A stretch of DNA of 64,000 bases, taken from contig JBNKOC010000019.1 of the NCBI GenBank assembly GCA_050294405.1, positions 29,610 to 93,609 on the forward strand, written 5' to 3'. Made by a program: the position numbers and the translations under genes. Origin of the DNA: Fibrobacteria bacterium. GTDB taxonomy: Bacteria; Fibrobacterota; Fibrobacteria; UBA11236; JADFYW01. Position 1 is the stretch's first letter. Each line of letters starts with the position of its first letter. The notes beneath the pieces were generated by a model. The model was not told where the DNA came from. It was given only the letters and a program-made list of their open reading frames with translations, and searched no databases. Positions 19,779 to 28,452 of this stretch are shown here, one piece after another.

Positions 19779-20128
19779 TAAATATGGAGCCCTCCTGCTT
19801 CGAATTCTTCCAATGTTTCATTTCCCCATAATTTTAGGCAACTGGCGTCGGCCAATTGAAACACAACAATGCCAATATCTCTGGAGCTTTTCACACCCCA
19901 TTCTTTCAAAACTATTTCCGTAAGTTCTCCAAATTCTGCTTTTAACCTGTTGTTAATAAGCGAGCAAATTTTTTTGGGAGAAAGGTGGTAATTCGCCTTT
20001 TTATCATCTATGTAATTTTCTTTTCGGCTCGTATACACAATAGTATCGTATACATAACGATAAAATTCAGGCTGAAAATGCAGGCCATCCCGGCTGAGAG
20101 CCTCTGCTAAAAAATCATTCAGGGACAT
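19778..20128 (-). CDS. Minf_1886-family (PVC-type conserved) protein
   Basis: FYRYV...HLS...EFG...VLKEWGVKSSRDIGIVVFQL...ETLEEF pattern; ATG 20128 with GGAGG RBS. Confidence 0.68.
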   Translation of the reverse strand: MSLNDFLAEALSRDGLHFQPEFYRYVYDTIVYTSRKENYIDDKKANYHLSPKKICSLINNRLKAEFGELTEIVLKEWGVKSSRDIGIVVFQLADASCLKLWGNETLEEFEAGGLHI

Positions 20129-21188
20129 CGCTATCGTCCTCCTGAAGCAAATAGGCAAGTTCGGGGTTTTTATCCCAGGGAATGTTTATTCCCAACTTAT
20201 TCCACCCTAACCAAAGACCTGGTAGTTTGGTAGTGGAATCCTGGGAAAAAATTCCCAGGGTATCTCCGGCATTTATTTGAGCTCCTAACATCAAATTCTC
20301 TTTTAGGGCCTTTAAATTTTGTATTTCCAGGAAATTGCCATTTCCGCAATATAATATAACCGAATATGCATGGGGAGATGTCACAGACATATCCACTAAG
20401 GTTGTTTTAATAGCAGTTACAAAATATTCCGATGGTAGCGGAGAAATTTTCAAAAGCAAAGGATTTTGCCTTTCCCAATGGACATTCTTTTTTTCACCCA
20501 CGGAAAAATCAAGGACCATTTTTCCAATCACATCCGAATCCGAAGATCGCCTATAATCTTTACAACTTTTTCCCTGGCAATACTTACCCGAATACAAAAG
20601 AGTATCTATTCCGTTGGAATCTAAAATTGCTTCCAGCGCACCCCGCTGCAGCTGAAATGGCAGAGCTTTGCTGGAATCTGGAATAGAAAAACTCACTTGG
20701 GCCAATAAAAAAGCATCCTCTCCATATTTTTGAAAATCTGCTTCCAATGTATAAAGCGAGTCCCAATATTTATGAGGAGATAAAAAAGCAAGTTGTTCCA
20801 TAACAGCTCGAGGCAGCTCTGGATGTATATTGGATAATTCCTGAAAACATAATTTCCTGGGAGATTCCGGACACATCAAGGAAAAAAAACTGGAATCTTT
20901 AGACCATCTCAGGTGAAAAATATTTTTCCTTTTATTTTGGCTTTCTGATATAGTTTCTAATTCCAGTTTAGCGGGCAAGGAAGCTGAAACCAGGTTAGAG
21001 GCCAGACTATCCTGTTTAGAGGCTTCTTCGGGAGTTCTTTTTAATTCTTCCTGCCTCCAATACAACCATGCCGCTAAAAGTCCCAAACTTAAAACTAAAA
21101 ACAATAGACGGGCTCGTCGTTTTTTAATTTTTTCCGAACGCAAAGAGCCGCCAAAAGGCGGCTTGTAATCTCGTTGGAAAGGTTTCAC
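20115..21188 (-). CDS. Membrane-anchored protein with a degenerate M23 peptidase-like C-terminal domain
   Basis: N-terminal TM after a basic patch; YSVILYCGNG...GAQINAGDTLG resembles the M23 fold but lacks the Zn-binding His motifs. Confidence 0.5.
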   Translation of the reverse strand: MKPFQRDYKPPFGGSLRSEKIKKRRARLLFLVLSLGLLAAWLYWRQEELKRTPEEASKQDSLASNLVSASLPAKLELETISESQNKRKNIFHLRWSKDSSFFSLMCPESPRKLCFQELSNIHPELPRAVMEQLAFLSPHKYWDSLYTLEADFQKYGEDAFLLAQVSFSIPDSSKALPFQLQRGALEAILDSNGIDTLLYSGKYCQGKSCKDYRRSSDSDVIGKMVLDFSVGEKKNVHWERQNPLLLKISPLPSEYFVTAIKTTLVDMSVTSPHAYSVILYCGNGNFLEIQNLKALKENLMLGAQINAGDTLGIFSQDSTTKLPGLWLGWNKLGINIPWDKNPELAYLLQEDDSDVPE

Positions 21189-23290
21189 TATTTAAGAATA
21201 ATGTATTCGGATTTATTCTTACCTGGACGCACCATAATTTGCTTGGTGGCAGATTGCGCGCCTTTGGTGAGTTTAATATTGTGAGCACCTGATGGGACTT
21301 CTAGCCAATGAGGCGTTTGAAATCCCATTTTTTTACCATCTACTTCCACTTCCGCACCTGGCGGACGACTAGCTAAAAATACTCTTCCGATAGGACCTGT
21401 TCCCACTGGCGCTGAGGACGGCGTAGAAGCTTTAGGTTCTGGTTTTGGGTCTGGGCGAGCTTCTTCCACAGGTTCGGGCTTGGGCGTTGAAGCTTTGGGA
21501 GCTTCTGTTCTTTCCGGCTCCAAATCCACATCCAAACTGGTTTTGGTGGTGGTATTTAAAAGCTTGGTCTGGTACTTTTTGTAACCGGATTTATTCACAA
21601 TAATGGTATTGGAGTTGTTGTTTAAGGTAATGGTTAAAGGCGTTTTTCCCTTGTTGGAAAAGTTTACCAACACATCAGCCCCGCTGGGATTAGAAGTAAC
21701 ACGGATTTTTGCTGGTCCTGATGGTTCCGGTTCAGGTTCCGGCTCGGGCTCCGGTTTTGATCTTTCCACAGGACGAGAGACTTCTCTTTTGGGTTCACTA
21801 CCAGATTCGGATTCCAAATCCACATTTAAGCTGCTTTCATGATCGTCTCTCGAAATTTTGGTTTGGTACTTTTTATATCCTTCTTTTTTTACAATAACGA
21901 TATTGGTTTTATTTTGAAGTTCCACAGTTATAGGAGTCTCCCCCTTTTTAGCAAAGTTAACCATTACTTCCGCGCCACTGGGACTGGAAGTTATGCGAAT
22001 GGTTTCACCCTGAGGAGTAGAACTTTCTCTTCTTTCCACTGGCCTTGGTGTGGATTTTGGTTTTGAACTTTCGCTCCGGGAAACTTCTTTTTTAGGTTTT
22101 GGCTTTGGAGTTTCTTTTTCCACCACTTCGTCTTCAATAAAACTTTCTTCCTCGGCTGTAGAATCATCCGCTGCTCTTTGTAAGACGCTGCTATCCACTG
22201 TAGAAGTGTCAAACATGGTTTCTTTATCCGCATCAGGAATATAAGGCTTTTCCGTTTCTGCCTGAGATTTTCCTTTGAGCAAGTCTGTGTTGTTTTTTAC
22301 CCAATAAAATCCGCCCCCAACAATGGCCAAAAGAATAATTCCGATAATGATGGTAGGCAGCTTGGAACTGCTTTTTTCATCTACCAGGTTATAGGCATTC
22401 GGTCTTGGAACATTATCCTCTTTTTTAACCACTTCGCCACTAACAGTGTCATCTGTAATAATGAGCCCCGTATTGGCTTCCTCGGATTCATCCCATTGGC
22501 GTCCGCCTGTTCTTTTAACAGGTTTTACACGGCCACTTGGATTCCGAAGCCTGTCCTGGGGACCCAGCCTACCACGGGATGCGGCATCGCCATCTTTTTC
22601 GGAGGAGTTGGATTCATCTGAATCACTTGCCGCCGAAGAACTCAAACCTAAATCAGCAAAAGCTGAGGTGGTTGTATCTTCATTGCCTGCTGAAAGAGCT
22701 TCAATTTCTTCAGTCTCGGATAAAGACTCTGTCTTTGACTCTTCTTCTTTTTTACTGTCTTCTTCTTTAAGGGGAAGCAGGTCTTCTTTTTTGGTAAAGG
22801 GAGAAGAGCCATCTTCCGGTGTTAAAATTTTTTCGATTTTAGCTTCGAAGGCCGCATCTAGTTTGGGCTCTTCTTTTTTCTCTTTCACAGGAGGAACAAC
22901 TGGAGCAGTTGGAGCTTTTGCTGCGGGGGCCTTAGGGGCTGAAGGGGCGATGAGCTGTGAATCTTTTTTCACCTCTTCCTCAGAGCCATAAATTTTCATC
23001 ATGTTGTCCAGGCCCGCACTTTCGGCGATTTCCCGAACTTTGGCGGTTCGAACCAAAAGGCCCAAACGACCAGCAACTTGTATCATTTTTTTATTAACAC
23101 CAATCAGGGCGTTAATACCATCGCTGTACAAATAATCTAAATCGCCAAGATCAACAATAAGGTTGCGTACTTCATTTTGTATTAGGAAGTCTGCAGTTTT
23201 TTTCAACTTCTCTGTATCAAAGATTTCTCCATCATCCACCTGAGCGGAGATCACTTCGAATTCGCCAATGGATTTAATATCGAACTTAAT
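21188..23290 (-). CDS. STAS (anti-sigma antagonist) domain + low-complexity linker + TM + three PEGA domains (probable ATT start at 23290)
   Basis: NLIVDLGDLDYLYSDGINAL (STAS); TM IIIGIILLAIVGGGFYW; three ITSxPxGAxVxV..GxTP PEGA units. Confidence 0.8.
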   Translation of the reverse strand: MKFDIKSIGEFEVISAQVDDGEIFDTEKLKKTADFLIQNEVRNLIVDLGDLDYLYSDGINALIGVNKKMIQVAGRLGLLVRTAKVREIAESAGLDNMMKIYGSEEEVKKDSQLIAPSAPKAPAAKAPTAPVVPPVKEKKEEPKLDAAFEAKIEKILTPEDGSSPFTKKEDLLPLKEEDSKKEEESKTESLSETEEIEALSAGNEDTTTSAFADLGLSSSAASDSDESNSSEKDGDAASRGRLGPQDRLRNPSGRVKPVKRTGGRQWDESEEANTGLIITDDTVSGEVVKKEDNVPRPNAYNLVDEKSSSKLPTIIIGIILLAIVGGGFYWVKNNTDLLKGKSQAETEKPYIPDADKETMFDTSTVDSSVLQRAADDSTAEEESFIEDEVVEKETPKPKPKKEVSRSESSKPKSTPRPVERRESSTPQGETIRITSSPSGAEVMVNFAKKGETPITVELQNKTNIVIVKKEGYKKYQTKISRDDHESSLNVDLESESGSEPKREVSRPVERSKPEPEPEPEPEPSGPAKIRVTSNPSGADVLVNFSNKGKTPLTITLNNNSNTIIVNKSGYKKYQTKLLNTTTKTSLDVDLEPERTEAPKASTPKPEPVEEARPDPKPEPKASTPSSAPVGTGPIGRVFLASRPPGAEVEVDGKKMGFQTPHWLEVPSGAHNIKLTKGAQSATKQIMVRPGKNKSEYIILK

Positions 23291-23394
23291 AGTTGCCTCC
23301 AGTTTTACAGAAAAATTAAAAATTTTGTGGAGTTGTGAAACCTAATTTTTTCCCGCGGAATCTTCTCCACATATGCAAAATATAAAAGATATGT

Positions 23395-24639
23395 TTACTC
23401 TTCTAAAATTTCTTCAGGTTCTTCTAAAATTTCTTCGGGTTCATCCTCTATCAACAATATTTCTTTTGCTTCTTCTCCCGTGGGCTCAAGAATTTCCCTT
23501 TCTTTTTCCAACTCCACGCCGGTTTCTTGTTGGGAGGGCTGCTCTTCATGGACTTCAGGAGTTTTGGGAGCTTGTTTAACCTCCTTACTTTCTAATTGAG
23601 GAGCCTTATTTGCCATTTTTACTATGGGTGCGCGCTTACTGCGGACAAAAGAGTTGGACTTTGTTCTGAAAAAGGGATTCATGGAAAGAGATATTCGATG
23701 GGAGGCTGTGAGGGACTCATGAGTTTGCACCCCGTAGTCCAGTCGAACCAAGTCTCTAAAATTATAGGACAGTCCAAAAGCGGCAGTCATTCTGCTGAAA
23801 GTTCGCCGGAATTCAGCAATTCCCATTCGCAGAGAGATTCCGTAATAGGAATCGTACTCAAAGGCAAGTCCCGAAGTTTTAAATACATCCGCTGGTTCCT
23901 GGTAAATACGACCGCCTTCCTCAGCCACCGAAGATTTAGAATGCCTTTGAAAAAGACCCTTGGTTTGAATGGCCAAACTAACATTTCCATAAAAATAAGG
24001 AATAGGCCATTGTCCCCCTGCTCCCAGGTAAAGGTCAGAAGGCTGATACTCCCAATAGGAACTTTCCCATCGCGTATTGGAAGGGATAAGCCCTTGCAGC
24101 AAAGCAGCGACCCGGTAGCGATTCAGAAAATAATACTGGGCAGAGAAGTCCCCCCGCATTCCCAAGCCTTTTTGATCCAGGTTTCGAAGTAGAATTTGCA
24201 AATTGGCGCCCAAATCCAGAGATTTCCACCTTCTGGAAAAAGCGGTTACCCACAAATAATCACTCACATTGAGCTCTGTAAAATCCTGAGTGAGCTCACT
24301 TCCCTCTTCGGCGTAAAAGCTTTGAGCTCCATAGCGGGAAAAACCCATGGCTATGGTATTGACTGTATCCAGAGGTAAAACAGCTGATATATCATCGTAA
24401 GAGCTATTCCAAAATTTTTGAGTGTGTCCCAGAGAGACCCAAGTTTGAGAGGCCTCCGCTAAACCAGCAGGGTGAAAATTCAGAGAGGTTCCATCGCCCG
24501 GAAGTCCCAAAAAATTTTGTCCCATTCCGAAATAGCGAGCTCCAAAGCCTTCGGAACTTGTAAGGTTAACGCCTGAAGCCTCCTCAAAGCCCTTTGAAAA
24601 TGTAAAAAAGGCCAGAATTATGAGAACATAATATTTCAC
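23395..24639 (-). CDS. PorV/PorQ-like (FadL-type) outer-membrane barrel with acidic C-terminal tail
   Basis: GARYFGMG...DGTSLNFHPAGL, HRISLS; GTG 24639 gives a signal peptide and removes the overlap with the divergent gene. Confidence 0.72.
   Translation of the reverse strand: MKYYVLIILAFFTFSKGFEEASGVNLTSSEGFGARYFGMGQNFLGLPGDGTSLNFHPAGLAEASQTWVSLGHTQKFWNSSYDDISAVLPLDTVNTIAMGFSRYGAQSFYAEEGSELTQDFTELNVSDYLWVTAFSRRWKSLDLGANLQILLRNLDQKGLGMRGDFSAQYYFLNRYRVAALLQGLIPSNTRWESSYWEYQPSDLYLGAGGQWPIPYFYGNVSLAIQTKGLFQRHSKSSVAEEGGRIYQEPADVFKTSGLAFEYDSYYGISLRMGIAEFRRTFSRMTAAFGLSYNFRDLVRLDYGVQTHESLTASHRISLSMNPFFRTKSNSFVRSKRAPIVKMANKAPQLESKEVKQAPKTPEVHEEQPSQQETGVELEKEREILEPTGEEAKEILLIEDEPEEILEEPEEILEE
23399..23442. 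repeat. 21-bp tandem duplication encoding EPEEILE x2
   Basis: TCTTCTAAAATTTCTTCAGGT followed by TCTTCTAAAATTTCTTCGGGT. Confidence 0.85.
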
Positions 24640-24729
24640 AGAAGTAGTATAATAAGTATTAGAGGGTCTGAAAAGCCAAGGGCTGTTTAGATAGGGTAAA
24701 TAATCCAAAATGGGAAGAAAAAGCATTCC

Positions 24730-25353
24730 ATGAGTAATACTAATACCACCATTCCGGTATTTCCCTTGCGGACCGTTATTTTTCCAGGCCACAGCCTGCC
24801 TCTTAAAGTCTTTGAAGCCAGGTATTTAAAACTACTTCAGGATTGCTCAGAAAGCGGTCAAAAAAAATTTGCCATTGCCCTTATTAGCACAGGTGAAGAA
24901 GTAGGAGAGGCCGCAACTCCTTTCCGAGTGGGTAGTTTGGTTCACTATGATGGAGTGATGGAGGCTAACGGCGTATCTTTTATCACCCCCGTGGCCCAAA
25001 AACGGGTTTATTTTCAAAAATTTATTCGGGGCCGTAAACCATATCTGGAAGCCGAATACATCGACTACCATGATGAGGAAACCAGCCCAGTACCCGAAGA
25101 ACAACTGGAAAAAGTGGAAAAGAGGCTTAGTAACTTATGGATTTCCGGAAGCAGCGCCCAATCCAAAGAAACATTTTCAAAAATGCTGTTAAAAAAACAT
25201 AAGCTTTCCGGTGAAAATTACAGTTTATTTCTATGTGGCTGTCTGAAAATCCCACTCATAAATTTACAGCATTTACTGGAAAGTAAATCCCCACAGCACC
25301 GTATAGACAACCTGGCCCATTTGCTCAGTTTGGAAAAACACGGGCTGGATTAA
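24730..25353 (+). CDS. LON peptidase substrate-binding domain protein
   Basis: IPVFPLRTVIFPGHSLPLKVFEARY; QHLLE...RI. Confidence 0.85.
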   Translation: MSNTNTTIPVFPLRTVIFPGHSLPLKVFEARYLKLLQDCSESGQKKFAIALISTGEEVGEAATPFRVGSLVHYDGVMEANGVSFITPVAQKRVYFQKFIRGRKPYLEAEYIDYHDEETSPVPEEQLEKVEKRLSNLWISGSSAQSKETFSKMLLKKHKLSGENYSLFLCGCLKIPLINLQHLLESKSPQHRIDNLAHLLSLEKHGLD

Positions 25354-25414
25354 TTAGTGCAACTAAATTCCATTCTGGAATTTTCAAATAAAAAATTGTT
25401 ATTACCTTTTTTTC

Positions 25415-26140
25415 ATGGTTGAAAAAATTGCAAAAAAAGTAAGGCTCATAAGCGAAGACCATGTTTATTTGCTTTTCACCACACTTTTTTCTGTGGTTTT
25501 GGTACTGACCAATGTTGTGGGCATAAAGCTATTTAAAGGACCTTTAAACCCCGAAGCCCATGCCCTAACTACCGGTATCATCACCTACCCCATCACATTT
25601 CTACTTACCGATGTCGTGTCCGAAATATGGGGTTCCAAAAAAGCCAACGTCATGGTTATCCTTGGCTTCGCCATGAGCCTGGTTATGTTAGCCATTGTGC
25701 AAATAGCTCTTCATTTGCCTCCTCATCCCTATTGGGTGTCTCCCAACAATGCTTTTGGATACGAAAGCGCCGCCGAATACCAAAATGCTTTTCGTTCGGT
25801 TTTCAGCGTTAACGGCAAATTGCTATTTGGTAGTATGTTAGCTTTTTTAGTGGCCCAGCTTCTGGATGTAAAACTATTCCATATGTGGAAAAAATTAACC
25901 AAGGGCAAAATGCTATGGCTGCGCAATAATGGTTCCACGGTTATTTCCCAGTTGGTGGATACCCTGATTGTAAATAGCATTTTATTTTACTGGGGCTTTG
26001 GCTGGGAGTTTTGGCAGGGAATGGTGGTTATGGGCACCATTTATGTATATAAATTAATCATGGCTATTTTAGACACTCCCTTCATTTATTTGTTTGTGCA
26101 TATTTTGAAAAAAGCCTACAGACCCTCAACAGCTAACTAA
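25415..26140 (+). CDS. yhhQ: Queuosine-precursor transporter family (QPTR/Vut_1/COG1738)
   Basis: YPITFLLTDVVSEIWG, GSMLAFLVAQLLDV, LWLRNNGSTVISQLVDT, DTPFIY. Confidence 0.9.
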   Translation: MVEKIAKKVRLISEDHVYLLFTTLFSVVLVLTNVVGIKLFKGPLNPEAHALTTGIITYPITFLLTDVVSEIWGSKKANVMVILGFAMSLVMLAIVQIALHLPPHPYWVSPNNAFGYESAAEYQNAFRSVFSVNGKLLFGSMLAFLVAQLLDVKLFHMWKKLTKGKMLWLRNNGSTVISQLVDTLIVNSILFYWGFGWEFWQGMVVMGTIYVYKLIMAILDTPFIYLFVHILKKAYRPSTAN

Positions 26141-26142
26141 TA

Positions 26143-27192
26143 GTGAATTTAATTTTTGATTGGTCCGGAACCTTAATCAACGATCACAAGCTCAGTTTTA
26201 AATTGACCAACCAATGTATCCGGCATTTCGGGTTTAAAGGGGTTAGCAAAAAACAATATCAGGAGGAGTTTCAAATACCTCCGGCTCCTTTTTTCCAAAA
26301 ATACTGCCCGGGAATATCCATGGAAAAAATGGACCGGGCCTATTACAAATTTTATGGAAATGCGGCAGAAAAATCAAAGCTATTCCCCCACTACGCAGAT
26401 TACATCCCCCAGTGGGCCAAGGAAAACAAGCTATTTATTGTTTCCACTTTAGACGGGCCATCCATTCGAAAAAATTTAAAAAAGCAGAACTTGCTTCGAT
26501 TTTTCAGTGGTATTGAGGGAAAAACCCGGGACAAATCCGTAACATTTGAAAAACTTATTCGCAAGCATAACATGAATAAAAACGAGTGCCTGGTTATTGG
26601 TGACATGACCCATGATTTGGAAAGCGCCCAAAAAAATAATTTGCCTTGCGCAGCAGTGGAATACGGATATAGCCCTCTGGGCAAACTGAAAAGATCCTCA
26701 CCCGATTACATCATTCCCTCTGCCCATAAATTAAACGATATTATTGAAAAAAACCAGCAATCTCAAAATTGGAAATGGCCAATTGTGACGGTTGGGGGAT
26801 TTATAATGAATTCCAAGGGGGAGGTTTTGCTGGTAAAAACAGAAAAATGGTCCAACCTTTATGGAACTCCAGGCGGAAAAGTAGACTATGGAGAAAGCCT
26901 GGCGGATGCTTTTAAAAGAGAAATTCTAGAAGAAACAGGCTATCATATACACAAGATTCAATATGTATTCCATCAGGACTGCATAGAGCATCCCCAGTTT
27001 TACAAGCCCAGACATTTTATATTGATGAATTACATAGCTAAAATAAAATCCGGAAGTTTAAAAACAAATTACGAGAGCCAGGACGCCCTATGGGTGCCCT
27101 TTAAAAAATTAAGCCTTTACCCTTTAAATGAGCCCACCGTAAAATTGCAAAAGGAATTAAAAAAGCGAGCCAGGGAGTTTGAAATAAAATGA
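26143..27192 (+). CDS. HAD-superfamily phosphatase fused to a Nudix hydrolase
   Basis: HAD motifs FDWSGT, VST, K, GDMTHD; intact Nudix box GKVDYGESLADAFKREILEETGY. Confidence 0.9.
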   Translation: MNLIFDWSGTLINDHKLSFKLTNQCIRHFGFKGVSKKQYQEEFQIPPAPFFQKYCPGISMEKMDRAYYKFYGNAAEKSKLFPHYADYIPQWAKENKLFIVSTLDGPSIRKNLKKQNLLRFFSGIEGKTRDKSVTFEKLIRKHNMNKNECLVIGDMTHDLESAQKNNLPCAAVEYGYSPLGKLKRSSPDYIIPSAHKLNDIIEKNQQSQNWKWPIVTVGGFIMNSKGEVLLVKTEKWSNLYGTPGGKVDYGESLADAFKREILEETGYHIHKIQYVFHQDCIEHPQFYKPRHFILMNYIAKIKSGSLKTNYESQDALWVPFKKLSLYPLNEPTVKLQKELKKRAREFEIK

Positions 27193-27548
27193 TAGGAACT
27201 GTGTCACTTAAAGATCTAAAGGTCCATTGCATCATTGGTATACATCCCTTTGAACGGGAAACCAGCCAGGACTTATTTTTTGATATTAATATGGAAGTTG
27301 ACTTTTCCAAAGCCAGCCAAACAGAAGACATAAACCAGGCAGTGGATTATTCAGCCGTGGCCCAGATTGTGGAAGATTTTACCGTAGCTGGAAAATTTTT
27401 GTTAATAGAAACTCTGGCGGACAAACTAATTGAAGAGCTATTCAAAAATTTTTCGTTAATAGAAAACTGTGAAATAGCTATTAAAAAACCTGCCGCAGTT
27501 CCAAAAGCAAAATACGCCATGGTTCGATTGTCCCGGGGTAGAAAGTGA
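27189..27548 (+). CDS. folB: Dihydroneopterin aldolase
   Basis: IIGIHPFERETSQ, AVDYS, FLLIETLA, IKKPAA. Confidence 0.93.
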   Translation: MIGTVSLKDLKVHCIIGIHPFERETSQDLFFDINMEVDFSKASQTEDINQAVDYSAVAQIVEDFTVAGKFLLIETLADKLIEELFKNFSLIENCEIAIKKPAAVPKAKYAMVRLSRGRK

Positions 27549-28297
27549 GTAAAGCATATCTCATTACGGGGGCAGCTAAAAGGTTGGGAAAAGATTTGGC
27601 TGAGCAACTTCCCCGTGCGGGAGATACGGTTTTTGTTCACTATAACAATAGTGAAAAAGAGGCGCTCAGCCTCTGCCATGATTTATCTAAAAGGAAGATA
27701 AAAGCGCATGCCTTAAAAGCAAATATCCGCCTGGAAAAACAATGTGAAGACCTGGTAAAACAGTTGAAGGCAAAAGGCGGAAAATTGGATGTTTTAATTA
27801 ATAACGTGGGAAATTACTCTACAGGCAATTTGCTTGAATTTTCTCCCAAGCAATTTAAAAGCATATTGGAAGCCAATTTAATGGGCAGCTATTATTTAAT
27901 GCACTTTTGCCAGGACCTGATTTCAAAGGGAGGGAGCATAATTAATTTAGGCTACACCGGACTTTTGGGAACCCTGGCCGATGTCCACTCCACCGCCTAC
28001 ACCATTTCTAAAACGGGGCTGTTAATTCTTACCAAATCCTATGCCGAACTGTTGGGGCCAAGAAAAATAAACGTAAATATGCTCTCTCCAGGTCAACTGG
28101 AAAACAGTGTGGACCTGCCGCGGAACTTAAAAGATTGGATTCCCATGGGAAAAGCTGGCACCAGTAGTGAAATTAGTAATATGATTAAGTACCTAGTTTC
28201 CCCCAAAGGGAAATATATCACAGGTCAAAATATCGAAATTTCGGGAGGCTACATGATGTCTCTTTCCAGCCATTTGTCCCCTAAAAACAACCATTAA
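27545..28297 (+). CDS. Pteridine reductase-type SDR (PTR1/FolM-like)
   Basis: ITGAAKRLG (pteridine reductase-type Arg), VHYNNS, LINNVG, YTISK, YITGQ. Confidence 0.82.
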   Translation: MSKAYLITGAAKRLGKDLAEQLPRAGDTVFVHYNNSEKEALSLCHDLSKRKIKAHALKANIRLEKQCEDLVKQLKAKGGKLDVLINNVGNYSTGNLLEFSPKQFKSILEANLMGSYYLMHFCQDLISKGGSIINLGYTGLLGTLADVHSTAYTISKTGLLILTKSYAELLGPRKINVNMLSPGQLENSVDLPRNLKDWIPMGKAGTSSEISNMIKYLVSPKGKYITGQNIEISGGYMMSLSSHLSPKNNH

Positions 28298-28322
28298 ATC
28301 CAAATTCAAAAATTGGATTTAG
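28295..28322 (+). terminator. Hairpin at the end of the pterin operon
   Basis: TAAATCCAA-attcaaaaa-TTGGATTTA inverted repeat overlapping the stop codon. Confidence 0.4.
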
Positions 28323-28325
28323 TTA

Positions 28326-28354
28326 TTGCAATCTAAAGAAACTCAAAATATTAT
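28326..28354 (+). promoter_or_regulatory. Sigma70-like promoter for the 28453 gene
   Basis: TTGCAA-17 nt-TATTAT. Confidence 0.55.
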
Positions 28355-28452
28355 TTAAGCATGCCCGGATTTACCGGCTGAAAAAATAAGCAGTCCACAT
28401 TTAGGGTTCCTAGTCCCCAACTGCAAAAAATATCAAAGGGAGGACAGATTGT

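Noticed and set aside
21400..22100. CRISPR-like or mobile repeats
   Set aside because: The repeats are coding PEGA duplications and EP-rich linkers, not repeat-spacer arrays.
25354..25414. preQ1 riboswitch upstream of yhhQ
   Set aside because: No recognisable preQ1 stem-loop plus A-rich tail consensus in the 61-bp gap.
28360..28450. Known riboswitch class in the OMP leader
   Set aside because: I could not match conserved cores of cobalamin, TPP, SAM, preQ1, THF or c-di-GMP riboswitches.
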